A stretch of 64,000 bases of DNA from a virus. Lineage: Duplodnaviria > Caudoviricetes. This document shows positions 6,453 through 16,599 of the stretch, one piece after another. The DNA lies in IMG/VR virus record IMGVR_UViG_3300017784_005363, positions 1 through 64,000 of that record. One strand, written 5' to 3'. How positions within the stretch are numbered: position 1 is the stretch's first letter; each line of letters opens with the position of its first letter. The notes below the pieces were generated by a model. It saw only the letters and a program-made list of their open reading frames with translations, searched no databases and was not told the origin of the DNA. The position numbers and the translations under genes are program-made.

Positions 6453-8605
6453 GTCAAGTAAATTCAGTAAGAAATCCAGATGGTATATGGGTTAATAGTC
6501 AAGCATTTAGAGAAGAAGGGAATAGATTTAAGAAGTTAGGTTATTATATTGCAGACCCTTGGGGTTCACCTGCATGGTATGATTATTGGATGGAACAAAG
6601 AAGAAGATGTATTCATGGTTATATTACAGGTGGTGTAAAAATCACAGGTGAACATTATTTTTATTTAAATTTTACACCTATTCAAAAAGTAGATAACATT
6701 AGTGGAAACAGAGCAGATAAAGTAGAAGGATTCCCTGATTTCTGGGATGGAGATTATAACTATTTCTGGTCCAGAGAAATTGCAAAGAATGGAATTGTTA
6801 GAGCATTAGGATTAGAAGATTCTGAATATAAGGATATGGTAGTCCTGAATGTAAAAACATTACCTGAAGCTGAAGCACAAAAGAAAGTTTTACAAAAGTT
6901 ATTTGATGGATTACAATTAGAAGTTAGAATTGAGGTAGATTATCTTAATGGTGGATATAATTTAATTGTAGGTAAATCAAGAAGAAAGGGTTACTCACTT
7001 AAAAATCAAGCAATTGCAGCTAATAATTATCAAACAATACCTAAGAGCTATACAGCTTTTGGAGCTTATGAGAAGAGATTCTTATATCCAGGGGCTATTT
7101 TTTCTTATACAATGGACACCATTAACTTTGTTAATACTAACACTGCTTGGGCAATGCCATCAGATGTTCTTAAAAAAGCTGACCATATTAAGTCAAGTTA
7201 TATTGAATATAAAAATGGTATTAAGTTAGAAAGTGGATTTAAATCAGAAATACAAGCAGTAACATTTAAAGATAACCCTGATGCTTTGAGGGGTAAAAAT
7301 GCAAAGGATATTTTCTTTGAGGAATCTGGAGCATTTGGTACACCAGGATTATTAAAAAGTTCTTATGCTGCATCACAGGACTGTGTAATGGCAGGAGCTG
7401 TAAAAACAGGAATGATTACAATATTTGGAACATCTGGAGATATGGAAGGTGGTACTTATGATTATGCTGATATGTTCTCAAGACCAGAAGCATTTGATTT
7501 AATGCCATTCTTGAACATATGGGATGAAGGTACAGAAAAAGATAAAGTAGGATTCTTTCATCCAATCAATTGGAACATGGAAGGATTTTATGATGAACAA
7601 GGTAACTCAAATAAAAAAGCAGCAAAAGATTTAGAATTAGCAGCTAGAAAGAAACTTATAGATAATGGTGCAACTTCAACTGAGATTCAACAAAGAATGC
7701 AAGAGAAACCTCTTGGTCCAGCAGAAGCATTTTCATCAGTATCAAATAATACATTCCCAGTTGTAGAGCTTAATGCACAACTTACTAAAGTAAAAGCAAA
7801 TGGATGGCAGTTAACAAAAGGAACACCAGTAGATTTATTATTGGAAGATGGTGTAGTAGTAGCTAAACCTATTCTTAATGGAAGTAAAATTCCAATTACA
7901 AGTTATCATAATACACCTACAAATAAAAGAGGGTGTCCAATGATATATGAACTACCAGTTCCTAATGCACCAAAAGGTTTATATAAAATAGGTTATGACC
8001 CTATTAGACAAGAAGAAGGTACATCATTAGCTTCAATTTGTGTTTATAAAGGAGTACATATTGGAACAGTATATCATAGTATTTTAGTAGCAGAGTATAT
8101 TGGTAGATATGAAGACCCAGATGATATAGATAGAATAGCAGAAATGTTTGCTGATTTATATAATACTACTATCATGTATGAGAATGAGGTAACTGGAGTA
8201 AAAAATTATTTTAGAAGAATTAAGAGATTAGGTTTATTAGCATTACAACCTGATTCAGTTATTTCAAAAAATGTAAAAAATAGTAAAGTAGCAAGGGTTT
8301 ATGGTTGTCACATGAATGTACAACTTAAAGATGCAGGAGAAAGATATGTAAAAACTTGGTTACTTACTACATTAGATTATGATGAAAATGGTAATCCAAT
8401 TAAAGTAATTGATAGAATTTATTCTATTAGATTATTAGAAGAACTAATTGCTTACAATAGAAAAGGTAACTTTGACCTTGTGTCTTCTTTATTTATGTGT
8501 ATGTTTCAAGTACAAGAAGAAGTCTTAGGAAAAGAATATAATGAGAAGAAAGAAAATAAAAGTGCAAAAATGTTGTTAGAAATGATGCATGAAATGTACA
8601 AATAA
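6449..8605 (+). CDS. terL: Terminase large subunit (718 aa)
   Basis: Walker A-like GKSRRKGYS, Walker B IFFEESG, RNase-H nuclease motifs IGYDP, YENE and GNFDLVSS; directly upstream of the portal. Confidence 0.93.
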   Translation: MSQVNSVRNPDGIWVNSQAFREEGNRFKKLGYYIADPWGSPAWYDYWMEQRRRCIHGYITGGVKITGEHYFYLNFTPIQKVDNISGNRADKVEGFPDFWDGDYNYFWSREIAKNGIVRALGLEDSEYKDMVVLNVKTLPEAEAQKKVLQKLFDGLQLEVRIEVDYLNGGYNLIVGKSRRKGYSLKNQAIAANNYQTIPKSYTAFGAYEKRFLYPGAIFSYTMDTINFVNTNTAWAMPSDVLKKADHIKSSYIEYKNGIKLESGFKSEIQAVTFKDNPDALRGKNAKDIFFEESGAFGTPGLLKSSYAASQDCVMAGAVKTGMITIFGTSGDMEGGTYDYADMFSRPEAFDLMPFLNIWDEGTEKDKVGFFHPINWNMEGFYDEQGNSNKKAAKDLELAARKKLIDNGATSTEIQQRMQEKPLGPAEAFSSVSNNTFPVVELNAQLTKVKANGWQLTKGTPVDLLLEDGVVVAKPILNGSKIPITSYHNTPTNKRGCPMIYELPVPNAPKGLYKIGYDPIRQEEGTSLASICVYKGVHIGTVYHSILVAEYIGRYEDPDDIDRIAEMFADLYNTTIMYENEVTGVKNYFRRIKRLGLLALQPDSVISKNVKNSKVARVYGCHMNVQLKDAGERYVKTWLLTTLDYDENGNPIKVIDRIYSIRLLEELIAYNRKGNFDLVSSLFMCMFQVQEEVLGKEYNEKKENKSAKMLLEMMHEMYK

Positions 8606-8619
8606 TTAATAATTAGTTG

Positions 8620-8627
8620 TATATTTG
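8620..8627 (+). promoter_or_regulatory. -7 box TATATTTG upstream of the portal gene
   Basis: Matches TAnnTTTG in the short intergenic gap. Confidence 0.6.
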
Positions 8628-8675
8628 TCGGAATTTTATATTACAATAAAATTTATTATTAAAACAAGATATGAA

Positions 8676-11108
8676 ATGTCAACAGTAAAACAAAATCAAA
8701 GAATCTCTTATACTGAGAAAAATGCTGACAATAAAGCCTGGTATAGACAAAAGGCAGATATGATTGATAATCAGCACACCATGAGTAACTACATTAGTGG
8801 AGAGGTTTCTGAATATAAAAGAATGAAAGTAAATTATGATTTATTTAATAATAAATTAGATTTAAAAGATTTTGAATATGTTTGTAAACCATTTGGTTCA
8901 GAAGTAGGAGAATTACCAGCTAGAATGGTTAACAGAGATATTGTTTCTGGTAAAGTAAAATCTATGCTTGGAATGGAAATGAAAAGACCATTCTCATGGA
9001 ATGTTATTGCAACAAATCCAGAAGCAACTACAAGAAAAGAACAAGAAGAATTTAAAAGAATTCAAGAATATGTTATTGCAGAAGTTTTAAAACCTATTAG
9101 GTTAGAAATAGAACAAAAGGAACAAGCTAAAGCTCAAGGAAGAGAATTAACTCCTGATGAACAACAACAAATTCAACAAAGAATTGAAGAAGAATTACAA
9201 GCACAAACACCAGAAGAAGTAAAAAAATATATGCAGAGGGAACATCAAGACCCTGCTGAAGTTATGTCACAACAATTACTTGAATACTTAATTCAAAAAT
9301 GTGACTTAAAAAGAAAATTTACTAATACATTTAAGCATGGTTTATTATCAGCTAAAGGTATTATGTATGTTGGTATTTTAAATGGTGAACCAGAAGCTTG
9401 GAATACAAACTCAATGAGATTCAATTGTGATAAGTCACCTGACTTACAGTTTGTAGAAGATGGAGAATATGCAAGTTGTGAATATCCAATGACACCTTCA
9501 GAGATTGTTAAATATCTTGGAGATGAACTTAAACCAGAAGAAATAGATAGAATTTATAGTTCATGGTCAGGTAATAGAAGTGGCTATAATGAAGAAGATT
9601 TATTTAGAGTTACTGAAATGACAGATGAACATGATAATGGTAATTCATTAATTGTGATTCACACTACTTGGAAATCTTTGAGAAAAGTAGGTTTCTTATC
9701 TTATAAAGATAGAGCTACTGGAAAGATACAAGAAAAAATGGTTGATGAAAGTTATAGATTAAATAAAGATGCTGGTGATATTAAGATAGAGTGGGAATGG
9801 CTTCCAGAAGCTTATGAAACTTGGAAAATTAAAACTACTGAGCCTATTTATTTAAAAATGCAACCAATACCAGGACAATTTAAAGATTTAGATAATTTAT
9901 ATTACTGTAAGCTCCCTTATTATGGAGTTATATATGATAATATGAACTCTCAGGAAACTTCTTTTATGGATAGATTAAAATCCTATCAATACTATTACAA
10001 TATATTAAATTATAGATTTGAATTATTAGCTGCTTCTGATAAAGGTAAAAAAGTATTAATGAATATTAATATGATTCCAGATTCAGCAGGTATCAATATA
10101 AAACAGTGGCAATACTACATGGAGTCAAGTCCATATATGTGGTATGACCCAAGTGAAGAAGGTGCAGGTTATTCAGATGCTAATACAGTAGCAAAAGTTA
10201 TTGATTTAAGTTATGCTGGACAAATGAACCAATATATTGAGATGATGGAATACATCAGAACTCAATGTGGAAGAAGTATTGGTATGACTGACCAAGTTGA
10301 AGGACAAATTGGAGGTAATGATAGTGTGGGTGGTACAAGAACTGCTTTACAACAATCATCTCATATCCTTGAGCCTTATTTTGAGTTACATAATTATGTA
10401 AAGAGAAATGTACTACAAGCTTTACTTGAAACAGCTAAGATAGCTTATTCTGGTACTGAGAAAAGAAAATTAACCTATTTTCTTGATGATATGTCAAGAA
10501 GAATAATTGATTTAGATATTGGATTATTAGATAATTGTACATTAGGTTTATTTATTTCTAATTCAGCTAAAGCTGAAGAAGCTAAAGATTTAATTAGACA
10601 GTTGGCACATGCAGCTTTACAAAATCAAAAAGTAGAATTATCTGATGTTATTTCAGTAATTAGACAAGAAGGAATTGTTGAAGCAGAAGAAACTCTTAAA
10701 GCAGCTGAAGCTAAAAGACAAGAATTTGAGCAAAGTACTAATGAATCTAATAATAAAGCTAAAGCTGAGTCTGAGGAAAAAGCTAGAGAATTTAAAAGAG
10801 AGGAATGGGCAAATGAAGCTGATATGATTGTTCTTAAAGAAACAGAGAGAAGAAAAACTGAAGTTATTAAAGGAACTTTAGTAGGTGCTTCTTTCAATCC
10901 AGACCAAGATGCTGATAATGATGGTGAAAATGATTTTATAGAATTGGCTAAACATGGTTTGGATGCTGAAGTTAAAAGAAGTGTTAATCAATTAAATAGA
11001 GAAAAATTTGAACATCAAAAAGTTGTTGATGATAAAAAAATAAAACAAGTTGATAAAAAACTGAGTATTGATGAAAAGAAAATTAATGTAAAGAAGTCTA
11101 GTAGCTAA
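8676..11108 (+). CDS. Portal protein (about 810 aa; ATG at 8676 preferred over the TTG at 8625)
   Basis: Position between TerL and the capsid genes, size, and crAss-like portal features (YDLFNNKLD, DPAE, coiled-coil C-terminus). The TTG start lies inside the promoter box. Confidence 0.88.
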   Translation: MSTVKQNQRISYTEKNADNKAWYRQKADMIDNQHTMSNYISGEVSEYKRMKVNYDLFNNKLDLKDFEYVCKPFGSEVGELPARMVNRDIVSGKVKSMLGMEMKRPFSWNVIATNPEATTRKEQEEFKRIQEYVIAEVLKPIRLEIEQKEQAKAQGRELTPDEQQQIQQRIEEELQAQTPEEVKKYMQREHQDPAEVMSQQLLEYLIQKCDLKRKFTNTFKHGLLSAKGIMYVGILNGEPEAWNTNSMRFNCDKSPDLQFVEDGEYASCEYPMTPSEIVKYLGDELKPEEIDRIYSSWSGNRSGYNEEDLFRVTEMTDEHDNGNSLIVIHTTWKSLRKVGFLSYKDRATGKIQEKMVDESYRLNKDAGDIKIEWEWLPEAYETWKIKTTEPIYLKMQPIPGQFKDLDNLYYCKLPYYGVIYDNMNSQETSFMDRLKSYQYYYNILNYRFELLAASDKGKKVLMNINMIPDSAGINIKQWQYYMESSPYMWYDPSEEGAGYSDANTVAKVIDLSYAGQMNQYIEMMEYIRTQCGRSIGMTDQVEGQIGGNDSVGGTRTALQQSSHILEPYFELHNYVKRNVLQALLETAKIAYSGTEKRKLTYFLDDMSRRIIDLDIGLLDNCTLGLFISNSAKAEEAKDLIRQLAHAALQNQKVELSDVISVIRQEGIVEAEETLKAAEAKRQEFEQSTNESNNKAKAESEEKAREFKREEWANEADMIVLKETERRKTEVIKGTLVGASFNPDQDADNDGENDFIELAKHGLDAEVKRSVNQLNREKFEHQKVVDDKKIKQVDKKLSIDEKKINVKKSSS

Positions 11109-11174
11109 AAAAAGCTATTAGACATTATTTTGAAAAATTAATTTTAAAAATGTAGTTTTATTAATTTTTAATCT

Positions 11175-11182
11175 TAAATTTG
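11175..11182 (+). promoter_or_regulatory. -7 box TAAATTTG, 4 nt before the ATG at 11187
   Basis: TAAATTTG-TAGA-ATG. Confidence 0.65.
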
Positions 11183-11186
11183 TAGA

Positions 11187-12344
11187 ATGGAAATAGGAAA
11201 TGAAAATAGTTTATCTGGTTTTGGAGGTTTTGAAGAGTCTTCAGCAGATGTAGATTTCTTTAATCTTCCAGTGGAAGATGACAATAAAGAAGTCAAGACA
11301 GATGCAAAGTCTGTTATAGAAGAAATATCAAAAGATGATATTACTGAAAAAGGAGAAAAAAATAAAACTCCTGAAGTAAAAGAAGAAGATTTATTCTTAA
11401 AAGAAGAAAGTCTTGAAAATAATGAAAAAGAGGAAGAAGATGAGGATGAAAAACCTACTGGTACTCACATTGCTACTTTAAATATTTTAAAAGGAAAAGG
11501 TTATATTGACTTTGAATTGGAAGAAGGAGTAGAAATGACAGAGGAATTAGCAGAAGAATTACTTGAAGAAAAATATGAAGAAAGTGTTGATTCAAAAGTA
11601 AAAGAAGTCCTTAATGAACTTCCTGATTTAGCTCAACAAATTATAAAATACACTTTAGGTGGTGGTAGAATTGAAGATTTTCTTGAAACCATAATTGATG
11701 TAGATGTTGATTTAGATGCTGATTTAGATAAAGAAGACAATCAAATTGCTGTTATGAAAGACCTTTTAGCTCTTGAAGATAAGGATGATGAAGAGATTGA
11801 AACAGAAATAGAATTCTTAAAAGATTCTGGTAAATTAAAAGTTATGGCAGAAAAGAAATTAGCTAAATATAAAGCTGATTATGATAACAGACAGAAACAA
11901 TTAATCAAAGACCAGGAAGCTAAAAGAGAAGCTGATAAATTAGCCTTAAAAGAAACTAAAGCTAAGATGGCTGATTTCTTAACTAAAAATGCAGAAGTAG
12001 ATGGTATTACATTTACTAAAGAAGATAAAAAATCTTTACCTTCTTATGTTAATGATAAAAATATTAAATTGCAAAATGGTACACTAATTACACAAATGCA
12101 AAAAGAATTATTTTATGATATACCAAAAAATGAAAAAGCAATGATGCAATTAGCAACATTACTGAAAAATAGAAATGAGGATGGCACATTTAATTTTAGT
12201 AGTATTGCAAAAGATGCTCAAACAAAAATAGCAAAAGAAGTTAAAGGTAATCTTAGAAGAGATAACAAACAGAGTTTTAGTGGAAATTCAACAAATAAAA
12301 GTGGAGTATCAGGAAAAAGTTTAGCTGAATACTTTACCAAATAA
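11187..12344 (+). CDS. Acidic scaffolding-like protein (385 aa)
   Basis: Very Glu/Asp-rich N-terminal half with coiled coils, located between portal and MCP. Confidence 0.7.
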   Translation: MEIGNENSLSGFGGFEESSADVDFFNLPVEDDNKEVKTDAKSVIEEISKDDITEKGEKNKTPEVKEEDLFLKEESLENNEKEEEDEDEKPTGTHIATLNILKGKGYIDFELEEGVEMTEELAEELLEEKYEESVDSKVKEVLNELPDLAQQIIKYTLGGGRIEDFLETIIDVDVDLDADLDKEDNQIAVMKDLLALEDKDDEEIETEIEFLKDSGKLKVMAEKKLAKYKADYDNRQKQLIKDQEAKREADKLALKETKAKMADFLTKNAEVDGITFTKEDKKSLPSYVNDKNIKLQNGTLITQMQKELFYDIPKNEKAMMQLATLLKNRNEDGTFNFSSIAKDAQTKIAKEVKGNLRRDNKQSFSGNSTNKSGVSGKSLAEYFTK

Positions 12345-12360
12345 TTAAATTTAAAAAACT

Positions 12361-13839
12361 ATGGCACAAAACATTAACAAATTGCAAGTTAGACAAGCAA
12401 GATTTGATTCTACAAGAATGACTGATTTAAATCATTGGAGTAAGAATCTGGCAATTAAACCAACTGTATTTGAAGCACCTCAGAGAGCCTTATTTGCTTC
12501 AAAGACCAACAGTTTGAATTTATCAACTGGTAACATCTTAGAGGGTGTTTTTGGTTTAGGTAAAACCAAATATATTGATGACTTAAATTGGTCATGGAAA
12601 ATGAATGTACAAGGTTACAGACCTATTACTATTTTAGAAAACAGAACAGCAGGTTCAACACCAGGAAAATTTAGAGGTAAAATCAAAGTCTTAGTTGATG
12701 TAGATTTAGCTGCTATTGGTGAATCTTGGGGTCCAGGTTCTTCTGACAAATCACAAGTAGTAACTGTGGTTGATAAGAAAAAAGATGGTAGAGGTTTTGA
12801 ATACACTTTACAAACATACACTGAAGGTGCTGAACATTTCATTAAACCAGCTTATTTAGAGCCAGGTACAAAATGGACAAGAATGTTCACAATGAGAGGT
12901 GAAGCTGCTGAATCAGGTGGACACACTGAAGCATACACTAATATTGAATACAAAAATTCATTAGTTAAATTGAGAAAACAATTCAAAGTTACTGACTTTG
13001 CAGCTCAAGCTGTTTTAGATATTGCTTTCCAAGATGAGAATGGAAAAGTTCATAGAGCATGGATGGATATGCAAGAAGCACAATATCATATGGCTATGAA
13101 TAAAGAATTGTGTACTCATGCAATGTATTCAAGATTAGGAGACCAACCATTATTTGACCCAGATTCAGGTTATCCAATTAATCCTGGTGCAGGTATGGAA
13201 CAACAAATTGAATTTGGTGGAAACAATGAAAGATACACTACTTTAAGTGCAGAATTAATTGAAGCATTCTTTGATAGAATTGTTTATTCAAGAATTAGTC
13301 CTGGAGACTTAGGTGATGTAATTGGATTATCTGGACACTATGGTATGAAAGAGTTTGCAAAAGCTTTAGATACTTGGACAGGTGGTAAATCAATTGTTAG
13401 AGAAAGTTCTACTTTCATTAGCAAAGATGGAAGTGGTGTTCATAATAACTCATTAAGAGTTGGTTATCAATTTACACATTATGACTTACCTAATGGTGGT
13501 TCATTCAAATTGATTCATAACCCATTAAATGATGACAAGTCTATCCACAGAGATATTGACCCATTAACAGGATACCCTTTACAATCTCAAAGAATTACAA
13601 TTCTTGATGTAACTGGTGGTAATGGACAATCAATTAATCAAAAAGATAATATTTGTCTTGTTAGAAAAAATAAAGTATTTGGTACTACTGTTATTGATGG
13701 TAGAGTTGGACCAGGTGGTGAAATTTCTAAAAACCCTAAACACTCTGGAGATTATTACAGAGTAGATATTTCTGACTCAGTAGGTATTGAAATCAAAGAC
13801 CCAACTGTAACAGGAGAATTAATCAAAACAGTAAACTAA
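12361..13839 (+). CDS. Major capsid protein, crAss-like HK97 fold (492 aa)
   Basis: N-terminal MTDLNHWS pattern, size and gene order match crAss-like MCPs. Confidence 0.88.
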   Translation: MAQNINKLQVRQARFDSTRMTDLNHWSKNLAIKPTVFEAPQRALFASKTNSLNLSTGNILEGVFGLGKTKYIDDLNWSWKMNVQGYRPITILENRTAGSTPGKFRGKIKVLVDVDLAAIGESWGPGSSDKSQVVTVVDKKKDGRGFEYTLQTYTEGAEHFIKPAYLEPGTKWTRMFTMRGEAAESGGHTEAYTNIEYKNSLVKLRKQFKVTDFAAQAVLDIAFQDENGKVHRAWMDMQEAQYHMAMNKELCTHAMYSRLGDQPLFDPDSGYPINPGAGMEQQIEFGGNNERYTTLSAELIEAFFDRIVYSRISPGDLGDVIGLSGHYGMKEFAKALDTWTGGKSIVRESSTFISKDGSGVHNNSLRVGYQFTHYDLPNGGSFKLIHNPLNDDKSIHRDIDPLTGYPLQSQRITILDVTGGNGQSINQKDNICLVRKNKVFGTTVIDGRVGPGGEISKNPKHSGDYYRVDISDSVGIEIKDPTVTGELIKTVN

Positions 13840-13843
13840 TTTT

Positions 13844-14668
13844 ATGACAATAAGCGAAAATTTAAAAATAGAAATTAGACCAATCCCAAATAGAAATGGT
13901 ATAAGACAATTTTCTGATAACTTGGAGTATTTTTCTCAATCTAATATTATTGCCGCTTTTGTGAACCCTGTCTCATTGAAATATGAGACAGGTCTTTCAC
14001 AAGAAGACAAAGAATATTTAAAAGAAAAAGGTTTCCCATATGATGTTTCAGATAATTATACTAAAGGTGTTCCACACCCATTCTGGGAAAGTTCTATGGC
14101 AAAGGTAGAATTGAAAAATAGTCCATCATTTTTATTCCCTGGTAAAAGTCTAGTTGACTTTGTAAAATATAAATATTTATTAGTAAATAATTATATCTAT
14201 AAATCAGAAGAAGAAATGTTGAGTGGTGTAAAATCACAAGCTACACATTACATTTATAATGAGAGTGAAGCAATATCAGCTAAGGCAGGTAAATTAGATA
14301 TTAAAAATGCTTTAGTGAGAAAAGTTACAGACTTATCATTAAAAAGAAAAAGAGATATTGTACTAATCATTTTAAATGAAGATACAGACAATAAGAATGA
14401 AGAATATTTAACTGTTAAATTTGATTCTATCATGAATGATAAAGAACAATCAGAACAATTATCTGAATTGTTATTAAGAGATGTAGATGACATTACTTTA
14501 GCAGCTGAAATTAAATCAGCATTACAAAAAAATATTTTAAGAAAAACAAAACAAGGTATTTTCTTCTTTGAAAATAATATTGGTTTTTCTGAAGAAGATG
14601 TAAAAGAGTTTTTAATTAAACCTGAAAATCAGGAAATTTTATTAAATATTAAATCTAAAATTCAATAA
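13844..14668 (+). CDS. Conserved crAss-like protein downstream of MCP (274 aa)
   Basis: Position and size; ends ENQEILLNIKSKI. Confidence 0.75.
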   Translation: MTISENLKIEIRPIPNRNGIRQFSDNLEYFSQSNIIAAFVNPVSLKYETGLSQEDKEYLKEKGFPYDVSDNYTKGVPHPFWESSMAKVELKNSPSFLFPGKSLVDFVKYKYLLVNNYIYKSEEEMLSGVKSQATHYIYNESEAISAKAGKLDIKNALVRKVTDLSLKRKRDIVLIILNEDTDNKNEEYLTVKFDSIMNDKEQSEQLSELLLRDVDDITLAAEIKSALQKNILRKTKQGIFFFENNIGFSEEDVKEFLIKPENQEILLNIKSKIQ

Positions 14669-14670
14669 TT

Positions 14671-15879
14671 ATGAAGAGTACATTAGCAGACATCAAGCAA
14701 CTTTTTAATGTTAAAGACATTGCTTATAGCACTAATATAAATGCTTTGGCAGAAGGGCAAATTGCTATCTTTGAAGAAGGTAATGATGTAAGTGTTGCAT
14801 CAGGTACAACTTTTTCAACATTACCAGACAAGGTTAGAATTGTTTCTAAACTAAATGGAAAAATTTATTACAGTTTTGACACAATTGAAAAAACAAGAAT
14901 TTTCAATCAAATGTCAGCAGAATATGCACCAGAACAAATTAATATCTGGGAAGGATTAGTTGAACATTGCAATTGTATTGATGGAGTACAATTAAATCTT
15001 AATCTTGATGAACATTCATTGATTCAAAGAGATGGATTGACTTGGACACACAATGATTTTGTAGTGATTGTTTCACCACAAGAATTACAATGTTACTGTT
15101 CTTGTGATGGTTCAAAACCAGCATATGAAAATAACATCTTAACTAAATTATTAGCTGAGAAAATTAATGCAAATGCTTCAGCATTCTATGAAGCAGAAGT
15201 TAAAGTAGATGTATCAGGTTTAACAACTTATGCAAATCAAGGAGCTTTAGATATAGCAGTACCAGCACCAGTTCAAGGTGATATGGCAATTGTTACTGGA
15301 GCAGGATTGAAAGTATATAATGGTACAGCTTGGGTTGTAGTAGGAACTGTTTTAGGTGTCCTTACAGATATTGATGCTTTAATTGCAGTGTTCAAAGATG
15401 TGAATGTTGATACTAACTTAACTAATGATGGAGTTTACTTTACTTTAGTTATTAAAGGTAAATTACAAGGTGGTAAAATCTATAGAGATTTAGATGTGAA
15501 TTATGTTTATCCAAGAGGAGTAAGATTGAATCCTGTATTAGTTATCAATGGTGGAGATAAAACTGTTGAGTTTACAGAAACACAATCATTAGCCTATGAA
15601 ATTGGAGCTGGATATGATTTAAAAGCTGAGGAATTTGAATCAATGTCATTATACACTAACTTAAACTTCTACCCAAGATTATCTGATGGTATTGCAAGTA
15701 ATGATTTAGTTTATCAATTTGAAAATTCTACTGATTATAACACTTTAACTTTTGAATTTGGTTCTAAGAAAAGTGGATTAGAAGATGTTCCAGAAGGTGA
15801 TTACAAAAAATTCATGATTCTATTTGGAATTGAGGATGACACTTTATGGGATGAAATGGTAGATATATTTATCCCTTAA
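14671..15879 (+). CDS. Structural protein, probably auxiliary capsid or head decoration (402 aa)
   Basis: Two genes after MCP, beta-rich, with Cys pairs and a fibre-like insert. Confidence 0.6.
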   Translation: MKSTLADIKQLFNVKDIAYSTNINALAEGQIAIFEEGNDVSVASGTTFSTLPDKVRIVSKLNGKIYYSFDTIEKTRIFNQMSAEYAPEQINIWEGLVEHCNCIDGVQLNLNLDEHSLIQRDGLTWTHNDFVVIVSPQELQCYCSCDGSKPAYENNILTKLLAEKINANASAFYEAEVKVDVSGLTTYANQGALDIAVPAPVQGDMAIVTGAGLKVYNGTAWVVVGTVLGVLTDIDALIAVFKDVNVDTNLTNDGVYFTLVIKGKLQGGKIYRDLDVNYVYPRGVRLNPVLVINGGDKTVEFTETQSLAYEIGAGYDLKAEEFESMSLYTNLNFYPRLSDGIASNDLVYQFENSTDYNTLTFEFGSKKSGLEDVPEGDYKKFMILFGIEDDTLWDEMVDIFIP

Positions 15880-15894
15880 TAAAAACTTATAGAT

Positions 15895-16596
15895 ATGACT
15901 ATTAAAGATATGCACTATGACTTTAAAAAGAAATTAAATAAAGTTGATAGTCAGCAAAATAGAAATCTCTTAGTACCAGAAATTGATTGGGCAATCAATG
16001 AAGCACATGAATTATTTGTGAAAATGATTGCTCAACCAAGAATGAAGTCATATCTAGGTTTTGAATTAAGTCAAAGAAATATTGATGATATTAGGACAAT
16101 TGTGGTAAAAAACAATTGTCTTAATGTTGTTGATAATACTGCTTCACTACCTGATAACTACTGGCACTATGTAAAAGGACATGTAGAAATGTCTAAAGGT
16201 CCATGTAAAAATGTAAGAGGTAAATTTCATTTAAAACAACATGATGATGAATTTGAAGAAAGTCCTTTTGACAATTCAAATTTTGAATGGAGAAATGTAA
16301 ATGGAGTCTTTTATGAAGATGGAATTAAAGTACATACAGATGGAACTTTTACTGTTGATAAACTTTGTATTGATTATATAAGAAAGTTATCTTATATACA
16401 CAATGCTGAAGATTTTAGACCTGATGGATATAGATTACCTTCTGGTACTTTATTAACTGGTTCAGTAAATAGTGAACTTCCTGAGCACACTCATAGAGAA
16501 ATTATTGATATAGCTGTTGCAATTGTAACAGGTGAGATTCAAGGTGGAGATTATGAGATAAAAATGAACAAGTTAAAATTTAATCAAAATACTTAA
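15895..16596 (+). CDS. Head-tail connector / ring protein (233 aa)
   Basis: MTIKDMHYDFKKKLNKVDS...PEIDWAINEA and C-terminal ELPEHTHREIIDIAV resemble crAss-like ring proteins. Confidence 0.72.
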   Translation: MTIKDMHYDFKKKLNKVDSQQNRNLLVPEIDWAINEAHELFVKMIAQPRMKSYLGFELSQRNIDDIRTIVVKNNCLNVVDNTASLPDNYWHYVKGHVEMSKGPCKNVRGKFHLKQHDDEFEESPFDNSNFEWRNVNGVFYEDGIKVHTDGTFTVDKLCIDYIRKLSYIHNAEDFRPDGYRLPSGTLLTGSVNSELPEHTHREIIDIAVAIVTGEIQGGDYEIKMNKLKFNQNT

Positions 16597-16599
16597 AAG

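Noticed and set aside
7014-7229. Alternative-frame ORF inside terL (similar cases at 21433-21630, 23624-23845 and 40153-40335)
   Set aside because: Fully nested in well-supported genes, with biased composition and no initiation signals.
8625-8675. TTG starts and long N-terminal extensions in the ORF track (8625, 23853, 26602; also 17498 and 56148)
   Set aside because: They overlap promoter boxes, upstream genes or the tRNA-Pro half. Downstream ATGs give better coupling.
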